Of a DNA stretch of 64,000 bases, positions 47,391 to 55,021 are shown in pieces. The stretch is from an uncultured Vicinamibacteraceae bacterium (lineage in GTDB: Bacteria; Acidobacteriota; Vicinamibacteria; Vicinamibacterales; UBA8438): contig CAZDQD010000112.1 in the NCBI GenBank assembly GCA_964507425.1, positions 5,808 through 69,807 on the forward strand. Direction: 5' to 3'. A program made the position numbers and the translations under genes. Within the stretch, counting starts at the first letter, position 1. Each line of letters begins with the position of its first letter. Under the pieces are notes generated by a model. It saw nothing but the letters and a program-made list of their open reading frames with translations. It searched no databases and was not told the origin of the DNA.

Positions 47391-48473
47391 ATGAAGTTTA
47401 GATTACCTGTTGCGCCTCGAAACGTTGTTATTCGCCTGCCTAATTGGGTGGGTGATATCTTGATGACCCGCCGGGCGGTCCAAGGGTTTCGAGGTCTGTG
47501 GCCTGGTGCAAGATTTATAGGGATGGTGAGGCTGCAGCACCAGCAGTTAGTGAAGCGTTTTGATTTATTCGATGACTTACTGTGTGCGCCTGAAGGAGCA
47601 GGACTTTCGCGCGCTATTTCTGTTCGGTCGGCGGCTGCCGAACTTCGTGCGTTTAATGCTGACGTGGCCGTGGTGTTGAGTTCTTCGTTTGAGTCAGCGC
47701 TCACTGCACGATTTTCGGGCATACCGGTGCGTGTGGGACACGACACTGATAGACGTGGCATCCTTCTGACTTACCCGATTCCTGTTCGTTTCGACGTGCA
47801 TCGAGCTGAAAGCTTTAATGATATTGCACGGTTTGTTGGTGCTCACGTCCCGGAGACGTTAACGCCACTGGTGCTAACAGAAGCCGACCGAGGCTATGTG
47901 GACCATTTGTTTCAAACGATGGCGTGGGAACCAGGTGTGCGTCCGGTCTTTCTAAATCCAGCTGCGGCAAAAGCTGCTCGCGCGTGGTCTTCTGACAAAT
48001 TTCGGTTGCTCGCTGAACACTTGGTCTCAGGAGCGGGCGCCCGCCCCGTTGTTTTACATGCAAGGCCCCCCTTTGAGAATTCGCCTCAGTGGGCGGAGCG
48101 TCACGGCATAGCCATGGTGGATGATGTTTCACTTCCAGAGCTTGCGGCGCTATTGGAACGCTGCGAACTTTATGTAGGAAACGACAGTGGACCAGCGCAT
48201 CTTGCGGCTGCGCTCGGTATTCGTACCGTGACGATATTTGGGTCCTCGGTGCCAGAACGCACAGGGCCGATTGCGATGGCTCCAGTTTTATCCAATGGAG
48301 ATGCCGAATGTCATGTGGCCGTCACTGCTTCGTACGCATGTGCACCATGTCGCGAACGATTTTTTGTAGATTGCCCATCACCTCCGACAGCAGAGGGGCA
48401 ACCACCTTGCCTTGAGGCAGTGACGTTAGAGGCGGTTAAGGCGGCAATTGAAAAAACGGGTCAAACGCAATAA
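47391..48473 (+). CDS. Glycosyltransferase family 9 (LPS heptosyltransferase-like)
   Basis: VVIRLPNWVGDILMT and YVGNDSGPAHLAAALG motifs. ATG 47391 preferred over the ORF maximum at 47373. Confidence 0.82.
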   Translation: MKFRLPVAPRNVVIRLPNWVGDILMTRRAVQGFRGLWPGARFIGMVRLQHQQLVKRFDLFDDLLCAPEGAGLSRAISVRSAAAELRAFNADVAVVLSSSFESALTARFSGIPVRVGHDTDRRGILLTYPIPVRFDVHRAESFNDIARFVGAHVPETLTPLVLTEADRGYVDHLFQTMAWEPGVRPVFLNPAAAKAARAWSSDKFRLLAEHLVSGAGARPVVLHARPPFENSPQWAERHGIAMVDDVSLPELAALLERCELYVGNDSGPAHLAAALGIRTVTIFGSSVPERTGPIAMAPVLSNGDAECHVAVTASYACAPCRERFFVDCPSPPTAEGQPPCLEAVTLEAVKAAIEKTGQTQ

Positions 48474-48482
48474 TGGTCGTTC

Positions 48483-49541
48483 TTAAGAAAGTCTCGCTTT
48501 GAGCTCGTGTATTTCTGCTTGGAGTTGCTGTATTGCTGCACGCATTTTGGGTAGTTGTCCCAAATGTGCCTGCTGCAACTTGATGTCTTTGAGAGGCCGT
48601 GCCGGTGTTCCCCAAAACACTTGTCCTGCTGGGATCCGCTTTTTAGAAGGCACTCCGCACTGTGCTCCGACGACACCATGGTCGTCAATCCGACAATAGT
48701 CTGCGATACCGACCTGTCCGCCGATTGTTGCTTTCTGTCCGATGGTCGAACTTCCAGCTATGCCCGTTTGAGATGAGATAGTTGCGTGTGGGCCAATTCT
48801 GACGTTGTGTGCGATTTGGCAAAGGTTGTCAATCTTTACACCTGTTTCTACTTCAGTTTTGTCGAACGTTCCTCGGTCGATGCAGCTATTGGCGCCGATT
48901 TCGACATCTGAGTTAATTTGAACGTGGCCAATCTGTGGAATTTTGATGTGACACTTTCCGTCAAAGACGAATCCAAAGCCATCAGCACCAACGACTACGC
49001 CAGAATGAAGGACGACGCGATCTCCAAGCTGGACTCCGGGATAAAGGACCACTCGTGGATAAAGTGTGCAATCGCGTCCGATATGGCAACCGGGTCCGAT
49101 GTAACTACCCGGGAAGATTCTTGTGCCAGACTCAACGACTGCTCCAGATTCGACCACCGTCCATGCTCCAACAGAGGCATCTGGCGAGATGGTTGCGTCT
49201 GTCGCAATAGACGCCGTTTCGTGAATTCCAAGACAGGTTCGTGGCACGTCTAGCAACCATTGTGCGGCTCGTGCGAACGCTACACGTGGGTTTTTAACTA
49301 CGATGAAAGTTGCAGCGATAACTTTATCGGTAGGAACCAAAACGCATGACGCCCCGGTGGTTGATACCTGCTCTAAGTGGGCAGTTTCCGCGTATGCTAG
49401 ATCTCCGGCGGTGGCTTTATCGAGGCTTCCGACTGAATTTAACTCGACGTGACCTTCACCATGGATTTGGCCGTCAACATAATCTGCTATTTCTTGCACT
49501 GTTTTCATTGCATCCCCCGAGAGTTCTGTTTGTGCGATCAT
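48483..49541 (-). CDS. lpxD: UDP-3-O-acylglucosamine N-acyltransferase
   Basis: 352 aa with an N-terminal LpxD-type domain ([13 protein letters not shown]), a long hexapeptide-repeat core and a C-terminal helical tail. Confidence 0.88.
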   Translation of the reverse strand: MIAQTELSGDAMKTVQEIADYVDGQIHGEGHVELNSVGSLDKATAGDLAYAETAHLEQVSTTGASCVLVPTDKVIAATFIVVKNPRVAFARAAQWLLDVPRTCLGIHETASIATDATISPDASVGAWTVVESGAVVESGTRIFPGSYIGPGCHIGRDCTLYPRVVLYPGVQLGDRVVLHSGVVVGADGFGFVFDGKCHIKIPQIGHVQINSDVEIGANSCIDRGTFDKTEVETGVKIDNLCQIAHNVRIGPHATISSQTGIAGSSTIGQKATIGGQVGIADYCRIDDHGVVGAQCGVPSKKRIPAGQVFWGTPARPLKDIKLQQAHLGQLPKMRAAIQQLQAEIHELKARLS

Positions 49542-49610
49542 AATGGGCGCAGACAGATATAATCACTATGAGACTGTTACATCGCCTGGAGCACCTGTTT
49601 AGAGGCCGGG

Positions 49611-51164
49611 TTGTTTCGGCGCTCGGCTCTTTCACTAAGGGAAACTTATTTGCACGTTCATATTGTTAATCCCAGCCATTTTTCTTTTGGCACAGGTTTC
49701 ATTACTCCCCGTTGGATGTTCGTACTTGCCGCGGCTACGCCGGCGAAATGGGGAGACCCTGTTCTGAGCGATGAGTCACTCAGCCCTTTTGATACTGACC
49801 AAGTTGAAGAGGGGGATGTCGTCGGCATTGGGCTCCATACTGGAAACGCCTTGGTTGGTTACGAACTCGGTCGGCGCGTACGGGACCGTGGTGGCTGGGT
49901 CGTTTATGGTGGTAGTCACCCCACCCTTTATCCAGAAGAAGCCCACGAGCGAGGTGGGGCGCACGCTGTGGTGAAGGGGGACGGTGATGTTGCCTGGGCA
50001 CAGGTGCTCGACGATTGTGCACAGGGAGATCCCCAGCGAATATATGAGGGCGGGCGTATTTCCGCTGGAAAATTCCAGAAGGCGCGCTGGGACCTTATGA
50101 ACCGTAAAGACTATGCGTGGGCCTCGGTCCAGACCGTTCGAGGGTGTCCGAAACATTGTTCATTCTGTTCCGTCTGGCGTACCGATGGTCAGGAACCGCG
50201 CCAGCGCGGGGTTCATCCTGTTATTGAAGAGATCGTCGAACTCAGACGAATGGGTTTCCGGTTTATTGCGTTGGCGGATGACAACTTTTATCCGGTAACG
50301 ATGGAAGACCTCAGGATGGCAGCGCGACGGGAGGATAAGGCTCGATACAACGAGTTGAAGGCCCTTCGCGACGAGCGTTTTGAGTTGATGCACCTAATGG
50401 CGGAACTTCCCGATGACTTGAACTTTTTTACACAGATCACGATGGAATCGGCTGAGGATCCAGAATTCCTTGATGCTATGAAGGCTGCGCGCATCAGGGG
50501 CGCACTTGTCGGTATCGAGGCAGTTACGCCTGAAGGGTTGAAAGATGTTTACAAGGACTTCAATCTTGCAGGCGATGAACTTGTTGAACGTCTCCAAGCG
50601 TTCCGCAAACACGGTGTCTACATACTCGGATCGTTTATTTTTGGGCTTCCGAGTGATCGGCCGAGTACTTTCGACGCTACGGCAGAGCTAGCGAAGAAAT
50701 CAGAGATTACGTTTGCTCAATTTGTAACACTCACGCCGTTTCCTGGCACCTTGGATTTTGAACAATGGGAACAGGAGCAGGGTGACAGTATGCAGGAGGT
50801 CGATGGTGTTCCTGTTTCACGGCATTGGTTGATACCTCAGGCGAAACGCCCAAAATTACTGACACCGCATCCGGCAATGACCGCTGAGCAAATCCGACAG
50901 GGAACGCAAGACGTTTGGAACAACTTTTACAGTTTAAAGGCCGCCTGGCAACGCTCAGATATTCTGAAATCCATTAGGAATCGGATCGCGTTTGTGGTCG
51001 CGTCAAAGGTCATGCTTCAGGCTTTCGGAAACACGGGATTGTCGACTGACAGTGCGCGATCCTCTCGTGCCACAAAATTGGGCGGCATGGGCTTTACCGT
51101 TCTGCAGAAAATGTTTTCTGCACCACCCATGCCAGACCTTCAGGTTCCAGGGCGAACCAAGTAG
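49611..51164 (+). CDS. B12-binding-domain radical SAM protein with a DUF4070-like C-terminus
   Basis: The N-terminal Rossmann-like region VHIVNPS...GIGLHTG precedes CPKHCSFCSV (CxxxCxxC). TTG start is uncertain (49611 or 49650). Confidence 0.78.
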   Translation: MFRRSALSLRETYLHVHIVNPSHFSFGTGFITPRWMFVLAAATPAKWGDPVLSDESLSPFDTDQVEEGDVVGIGLHTGNALVGYELGRRVRDRGGWVVYGGSHPTLYPEEAHERGGAHAVVKGDGDVAWAQVLDDCAQGDPQRIYEGGRISAGKFQKARWDLMNRKDYAWASVQTVRGCPKHCSFCSVWRTDGQEPRQRGVHPVIEEIVELRRMGFRFIALADDNFYPVTMEDLRMAARREDKARYNELKALRDERFELMHLMAELPDDLNFFTQITMESAEDPEFLDAMKAARIRGALVGIEAVTPEGLKDVYKDFNLAGDELVERLQAFRKHGVYILGSFIFGLPSDRPSTFDATAELAKKSEITFAQFVTLTPFPGTLDFEQWEQEQGDSMQEVDGVPVSRHWLIPQAKRPKLLTPHPAMTAEQIRQGTQDVWNNFYSLKAAWQRSDILKSIRNRIAFVVASKVMLQAFGNTGLSTDSARSSRATKLGGMGFTVLQKMFSAPPMPDLQVPGRTK

Positions 51165-51185
51165 ATTGGGCGTACGCCGCTACGA

Positions 51186-51881
51186 TTAGTCGCTACCAAG
51201 TGACAGTTCAGTAGTGCCAGCAGTAATCGTTACTGCTTGCCGTGTACGGTGTTGGCCAGCATGCACGATAGCGGTGTAATTACCCGGTTCAACCTCGTTT
51301 AATGTGAAATTCCCTGCTCGATCTGCGACGGTAGCATGTGGTGTGGATGAGACCACCACGCTGGCACCCATGGCCGGATGGATGTCGCAGGCGACGCGAT
51401 ATGTGCCGGCCGTATCGAAGCGATGCTCATAAGTTCCGCCGATGGGGGTGGAGATGTTGAATGCAGTTTCCTGTGTGTCGATGTTGTAAACCCTGACGTT
51501 GTGAAGAACGTCTTCGCTGTTGTGAAAATTCACCGGTTGGCCGACAACGGCAAGCAAGACTGGCGGCAAAAACTCCATGCCCAATTGGTCCATCTGAACA
51601 GGCTCAACCGGTATGTCATATGTGACTGATGATTGCGGTTCCAGCAGTACCACGGTAAGTGAACCATCTGAGGAGGTCGGAGCCGTTCCCGTGATCTGTG
51701 CGCCGCCATCGTTTCCAGCAGCCGAAACCTCGTTTTCGTTATGACTAGCAGTGGAAGTTGGCTCAGGTAGTTGTTCGTTATGAGATTCGCAGCCCCAAGC
51801 GATCAGGCTACACCCGATAAACGCCAGCCTCAGACCGGTAGCATAAGCAGTGAGAAAGGAAATGGGCTGAACTTGGATCAT
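51186..51881 (-). CDS. Lipoprotein with a type-1 copper cupredoxin domain and a CarboxypepD_reg-like C-terminal domain
   Basis: Lipobox-like FIGC/AWGC. Cupredoxin ligand pattern is H in VLHNVRV plus C, H and M in YRVACDIHPAMG. C-terminus is ADRAGNFTLNEVEPGNYTAIV. Confidence 0.72.
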   Translation of the reverse strand: MIQVQPISFLTAYATGLRLAFIGCSLIAWGCESHNEQLPEPTSTASHNENEVSAAGNDGGAQITGTAPTSSDGSLTVVLLEPQSSVTYDIPVEPVQMDQLGMEFLPPVLLAVVGQPVNFHNSEDVLHNVRVYNIDTQETAFNISTPIGGTYEHRFDTAGTYRVACDIHPAMGASVVVSSTPHATVADRAGNFTLNEVEPGNYTAIVHAGQHRTRQAVTITAGTTELSLGSD

Positions 51882-52045
51882 CAGAGTCCACTAATTATAG
51901 GGGGCGGTTTTGAGATTGCGGCTTTACTTTTCGAATATGGCTCCGATTTATTGATTCGCTACGTTCTTAGCGCTAGACTAGCCTAGTTACGCTGTAGTTT
52001 CTTACAGTTTTGTCAGTTTCATTTTGGCCTTTTGGAGGGGTTCTG

Positions 52046-53308
52046 ATGAACAAGACCGCGGTTACTTGGTGTGTGGCAGTTGCTGGATTGATGTTGTTCG
52101 TGCCAGGCGGTGCCTCGGCGCAGTCCGATGATGTGACGTTCCACAAAGATGTCGAGCCAATTTTGCAGCGCTCGTGTCAGGTATGTCATCGGCCGGACAA
52201 TATGGCACCGATGTCATTGATGAATTATCAAGAGACTCGTCCATGGGCGCGGTCCATCAAGAATAAGGTCGTAGCGCGTGAGATGCCTCCGTGGCACATT
52301 GACCCGAATGTTGGAGTCCAGTCTTTTAAGCAGGACAGGTCTTTAACCAGGGTTGAGATCGAAACGATTGCAACCTGGGTTGACGCCGGCGCGCCTCGAG
52401 GCAACCCTGCTGATGCTCCTCCTGAAGCGCCGCTACCCGATTTCGGTGCATGGGATATAGAGCCAGACCTAATCGTGACGTCGCCACCACATACCGTGTC
52501 TGCTGAAGCTGGCGACTGGTGGGGCGACTACATCGTGGATTCTGGGCTCGATGAGGACCGGTACATCAAAGCGATTCAAACCAAAGCAGGGGACCTCAGA
52601 GTTGTGCATCACGCATTGACTTACGCCGTGACGGATCCCGATGCGCCGATTAACGACAGTTCGAATGACTTTTTCTTGAATGAGTACGCGGTCGGGAAGA
52701 ATGCGGACAGATATCCGGAGGGAACGGGTAAAGTTCTTGAGGCCGATTCCAGGGTGCGTTTCAGCTTTCACTACCATTCGATTGGTGAGGAAGTGGTTGA
52801 CCAGACCGAACTAGGGATGGTGTTGTATCCGAAAGAAGCAGGTCCCGAGAAAGAGCTTTACGCGAGACAACTCGGTCAGGCTGGTGAATTGGACATTCCG
52901 GCTGGGCAGATTACACGGCATGACGGATACGCCACGATGTATCGGGCTGGTCGCATCACCGGGTTTCAACCCCACATGCACTTCCTTGGTAAAAGGCAGT
53001 GTCTGGAATTGATTTATCCCGACTCGACGACTGAGATGGTCAATTGTGCGAACTTCGATTTCAATTGGCATATCGTTTATAACTACGAGGATGGCGAACA
53101 ACCGATTTATCCAGCGGGTACGAAGCTGCATGTCATCAGCTACCACGACAATACTGAGTCCCATCGCGGCAACCTGGACTCTACAAACTGGGCCGGTGGC
53201 GGTAGCCGGACTATTGATGAAATGGCGTTTGCCTGGATTAGTTGGTACGACCTAGATGACGACGAATACGAAGCAGAGTTAGAGTCCCGCGCGGACAACA
53301 ACAATTAG
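52046..53308 (+). CDS. Secreted fusion of an N-terminal c-type haem domain (PSCyt1-like) with a PHM/DBH-like copper type II monooxygenase fold
   Basis: Signal peptide, FHKDVEPILQRSCQVCHRP...MPPW. Candidate copper ligands are VVHHAL, FSFHYH, QPHMHFLG and TIDEMAFAWISWY. ATG 52046 is preceded by GGAGGGG. Confidence 0.7.
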   Translation: MNKTAVTWCVAVAGLMLFVPGGASAQSDDVTFHKDVEPILQRSCQVCHRPDNMAPMSLMNYQETRPWARSIKNKVVAREMPPWHIDPNVGVQSFKQDRSLTRVEIETIATWVDAGAPRGNPADAPPEAPLPDFGAWDIEPDLIVTSPPHTVSAEAGDWWGDYIVDSGLDEDRYIKAIQTKAGDLRVVHHALTYAVTDPDAPINDSSNDFFLNEYAVGKNADRYPEGTGKVLEADSRVRFSFHYHSIGEEVVDQTELGMVLYPKEAGPEKELYARQLGQAGELDIPAGQITRHDGYATMYRAGRITGFQPHMHFLGKRQCLELIYPDSTTEMVNCANFDFNWHIVYNYEDGEQPIYPAGTKLHVISYHDNTESHRGNLDSTNWAGGGSRTIDEMAFAWISWYDLDDDEYEAELESRADNNN

Positions 53309-53334
53309 TCTTCGTTGTTGTTGGCGGGTACTAC

Positions 53335-53380
53335 GGTGTCATGGTTGGGCACTCTGCGGAATGTTCTTCTGCAGGGTGCC
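53335..53380 (+). repeat. Copy 1 of an intergenic repeat shared with 54460-54506
   Basis: GGTGTCATGGTTGGGCACTCTGCGG (25 nt) is identical in both copies. Similarity continues through TCTTCTGC.GGG. Confidence 0.8.
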
Positions 53381-53391
53381 TTCTTTGTTTT
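53348..53391 (+). terminator. Rho-independent terminator-like hairpin plus T-tract, inside repeat copy 1
   Basis: GGCACTCTGCGG / loop AATGTTCTT / CTGCAGGGTGCC gives 12 bp including two G-U pairs, followed by TTCTTTGTTTT. It lies 40 nt after the upstream stop and 22 nt before the next start. Confidence 0.55.
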
Positions 53392-53412
53392 AACCAGTTG
53401 TCTTGGGTGTGA

Positions 53413-54441
53413 GTGAGTATGACGGGCAAGAATTCATGGTTGGGGTTGGTAATAGCCGTCGTGGTGTTTGTGGCGATGGAGAGTGCTGTCTTTGCACAGA
53501 TAAATCCTCGCGATGTTCCCATCGTTGCGCAACCACAGCAGCGGTTTGATCGGGGCCAGGATGTGCAGCCAATTTTTGAGGGTTGGACACGTAATAACGA
53601 TGGTTCTTACTTGTTTCACTTCGGGTATTTAAATCGGAACTATCGCGAGCAACCGAGTGTGGAAGTCGGTCCCGATAATTACTTTGCTCCAGGAGACGAA
53701 GATCGAGGCCAACCAGCCTATTTTTATCCTCGTACACAGCGCTATCAGTTCGTCGTAGAAATGCCAGCCGATACCGGCCTGACCGTTGAGGACGGTATTG
53801 TGTGGCGTCTGACGGTTAACGGGAATGAACAGGTAGCATACGGTTGGCTGCAGCCCGAGTGGGAAATAGACGCGAACACCATTACCTCGAATTCGCGGAC
53901 AGGTTTTGGCCGGCCGGTCGATCAGATCTATAACAATCAACCACCAACGGTAGAAATACAGGTTAGCTCGACGGATGTGGCGATTGGAGAGACGGTAACA
54001 TTGACGGCGGCGATCACAGACGACGAGTTGCCGACCCAGTTGCGGCCACGTACGCCGCGTTCAAGGCCACCCACGTTGATACCTCCGGACGGGCAAGCCT
54101 CAAACCCTGATAACGTTCGATGGTATCGAAAGCCGAGACCTCCAAGGAATGGCATTTCCGTACATTGGAGCGTCTATCGTGGGCCTGAAGGCGGAGATTT
54201 TGAACCCGATGGTTTTCAGCGTTCGTTTGAAGAGCCTGAATTCGATGAGGATGTTGATGGTGCAGCTACAACGCCAACGTCGTCAGACACTCCCGCGACC
54301 CATCTTGATGGTGATGGATTCACGTCAGCGACCTTTGAGACAGCGGTGTCGTTTGAGGAACCCGGGGATTACACATTGCGAGCATGGGTAAGTGACGCGA
54401 TGTTGTTAGTGCCGGCAGACGTTGTTATTAGAGTGCGTTAG
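53413..54441 (+). CDS. Secreted protein of unknown function
   Basis: Signal peptide ending AVFAQ. No motif I recognise. Contains a Pro/Arg-rich segment (RPRTPRSRPPTLIPP...RKPRPPRNG) and an acidic segment. Start is GTG 53413 or ATG 53419. Confidence 0.6.
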   Translation: MSMTGKNSWLGLVIAVVVFVAMESAVFAQINPRDVPIVAQPQQRFDRGQDVQPIFEGWTRNNDGSYLFHFGYLNRNYREQPSVEVGPDNYFAPGDEDRGQPAYFYPRTQRYQFVVEMPADTGLTVEDGIVWRLTVNGNEQVAYGWLQPEWEIDANTITSNSRTGFGRPVDQIYNNQPPTVEIQVSSTDVAIGETVTLTAAITDDELPTQLRPRTPRSRPPTLIPPDGQASNPDNVRWYRKPRPPRNGISVHWSVYRGPEGGDFEPDGFQRSFEEPEFDEDVDGAATTPTSSDTPATHLDGDGFTSATFETAVSFEEPGDYTLRAWVSDAMLLVPADVVIRVR

Positions 54442-54459
54442 TTTTGTTTTGCCCTGGAG

Positions 54460-54506
54460 GGTGTCATGGTTGGGCACTCTGCGGCACAGTCTTCTGCCGG
54501 GGTCTC
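54460..54506 (+). repeat. Copy 2 of the intergenic repeat
   Basis: Same 25-nt core, located 19 nt after the stop of 53413-54441. The hairpin is degenerate in this copy and has no T-tract. Confidence 0.8.
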
Positions 54507-54574
54507 TGTTGCCTACCTGAATTACTACCCGGTCTCTTGAGCCGAACGGGGATAGTTACGGCGTAGCCAGAACA

Positions 54575-55015
54575 CTAAGACTTGTAGCGACTTTCTTTGG
54601 CAAGTTGAAAAACAGCAAAGATCAGGCACGCGGCACCAAACGGAACGAGGGCAATTCCATATCCTGGGTCCCCAGCAAGAATCGAGATCCCGCCCAGAAA
54701 AAATCCGCCTGGTAACAGGAGGCTTGCACCAATTAAGGCACGTGAGACCTGTCGTCGCGTCTGCCGTCCTCGATCCGGGAATGCCTGAAACACGAGGCCC
54801 GTAACGACATGGATAAGTGCGAGTAACCCACCGTGGGCATGGGCCAGTGTCCACATCAGTCGCCGTGTCGTATTCGACACGTCTAGATAGAAGCCGAGTT
54901 TTAAACCATGCAAGGTTTCAAGCGTAAGGCCGAGGAGAACGAACACAAGTAGAGACCACCAGCCAAATAATATGTGACGATGTGAATAGTTCACGGAGTC
55001 TGGCGTTTTCTGCAT
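54575..55015 (-). CDS. Small 4-TM membrane protein with conserved-looking His residues; candidate membrane partner of the octahaem cytochrome
   Basis: 146 aa. His residues lie within or at the edges of the first two predicted TM helices (HRHILFGWW...LETLHG; LAHAHGGLLALIHVV). Starts 6 nt after the cytochrome stop. Confidence 0.55.
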   Translation of the reverse strand: MQKTPDSVNYSHRHILFGWWSLLVFVLLGLTLETLHGLKLGFYLDVSNTTRRLMWTLAHAHGGLLALIHVVTGLVFQAFPDRGRQTRRQVSRALIGASLLLPGGFFLGGISILAGDPGYGIALVPFGAACLIFAVFQLAKESRYKS

Positions 55016-55021
55016 GAAGAG

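Noticed and set aside
53341-54540. The two MVGHSA... small ORFs as RiPP precursor peptides for the PHM-like monooxygenase
   Set aside because: This is attractive because PHM acts on peptides. However, beyond codon 12 the two copies stay similar at nucleotide level out of frame. Neither ends in Gly, copy 1 overlaps a terminator hairpin, and no protease or exporter is adjacent. It is kept only as a minor alternative in the repeat finding.
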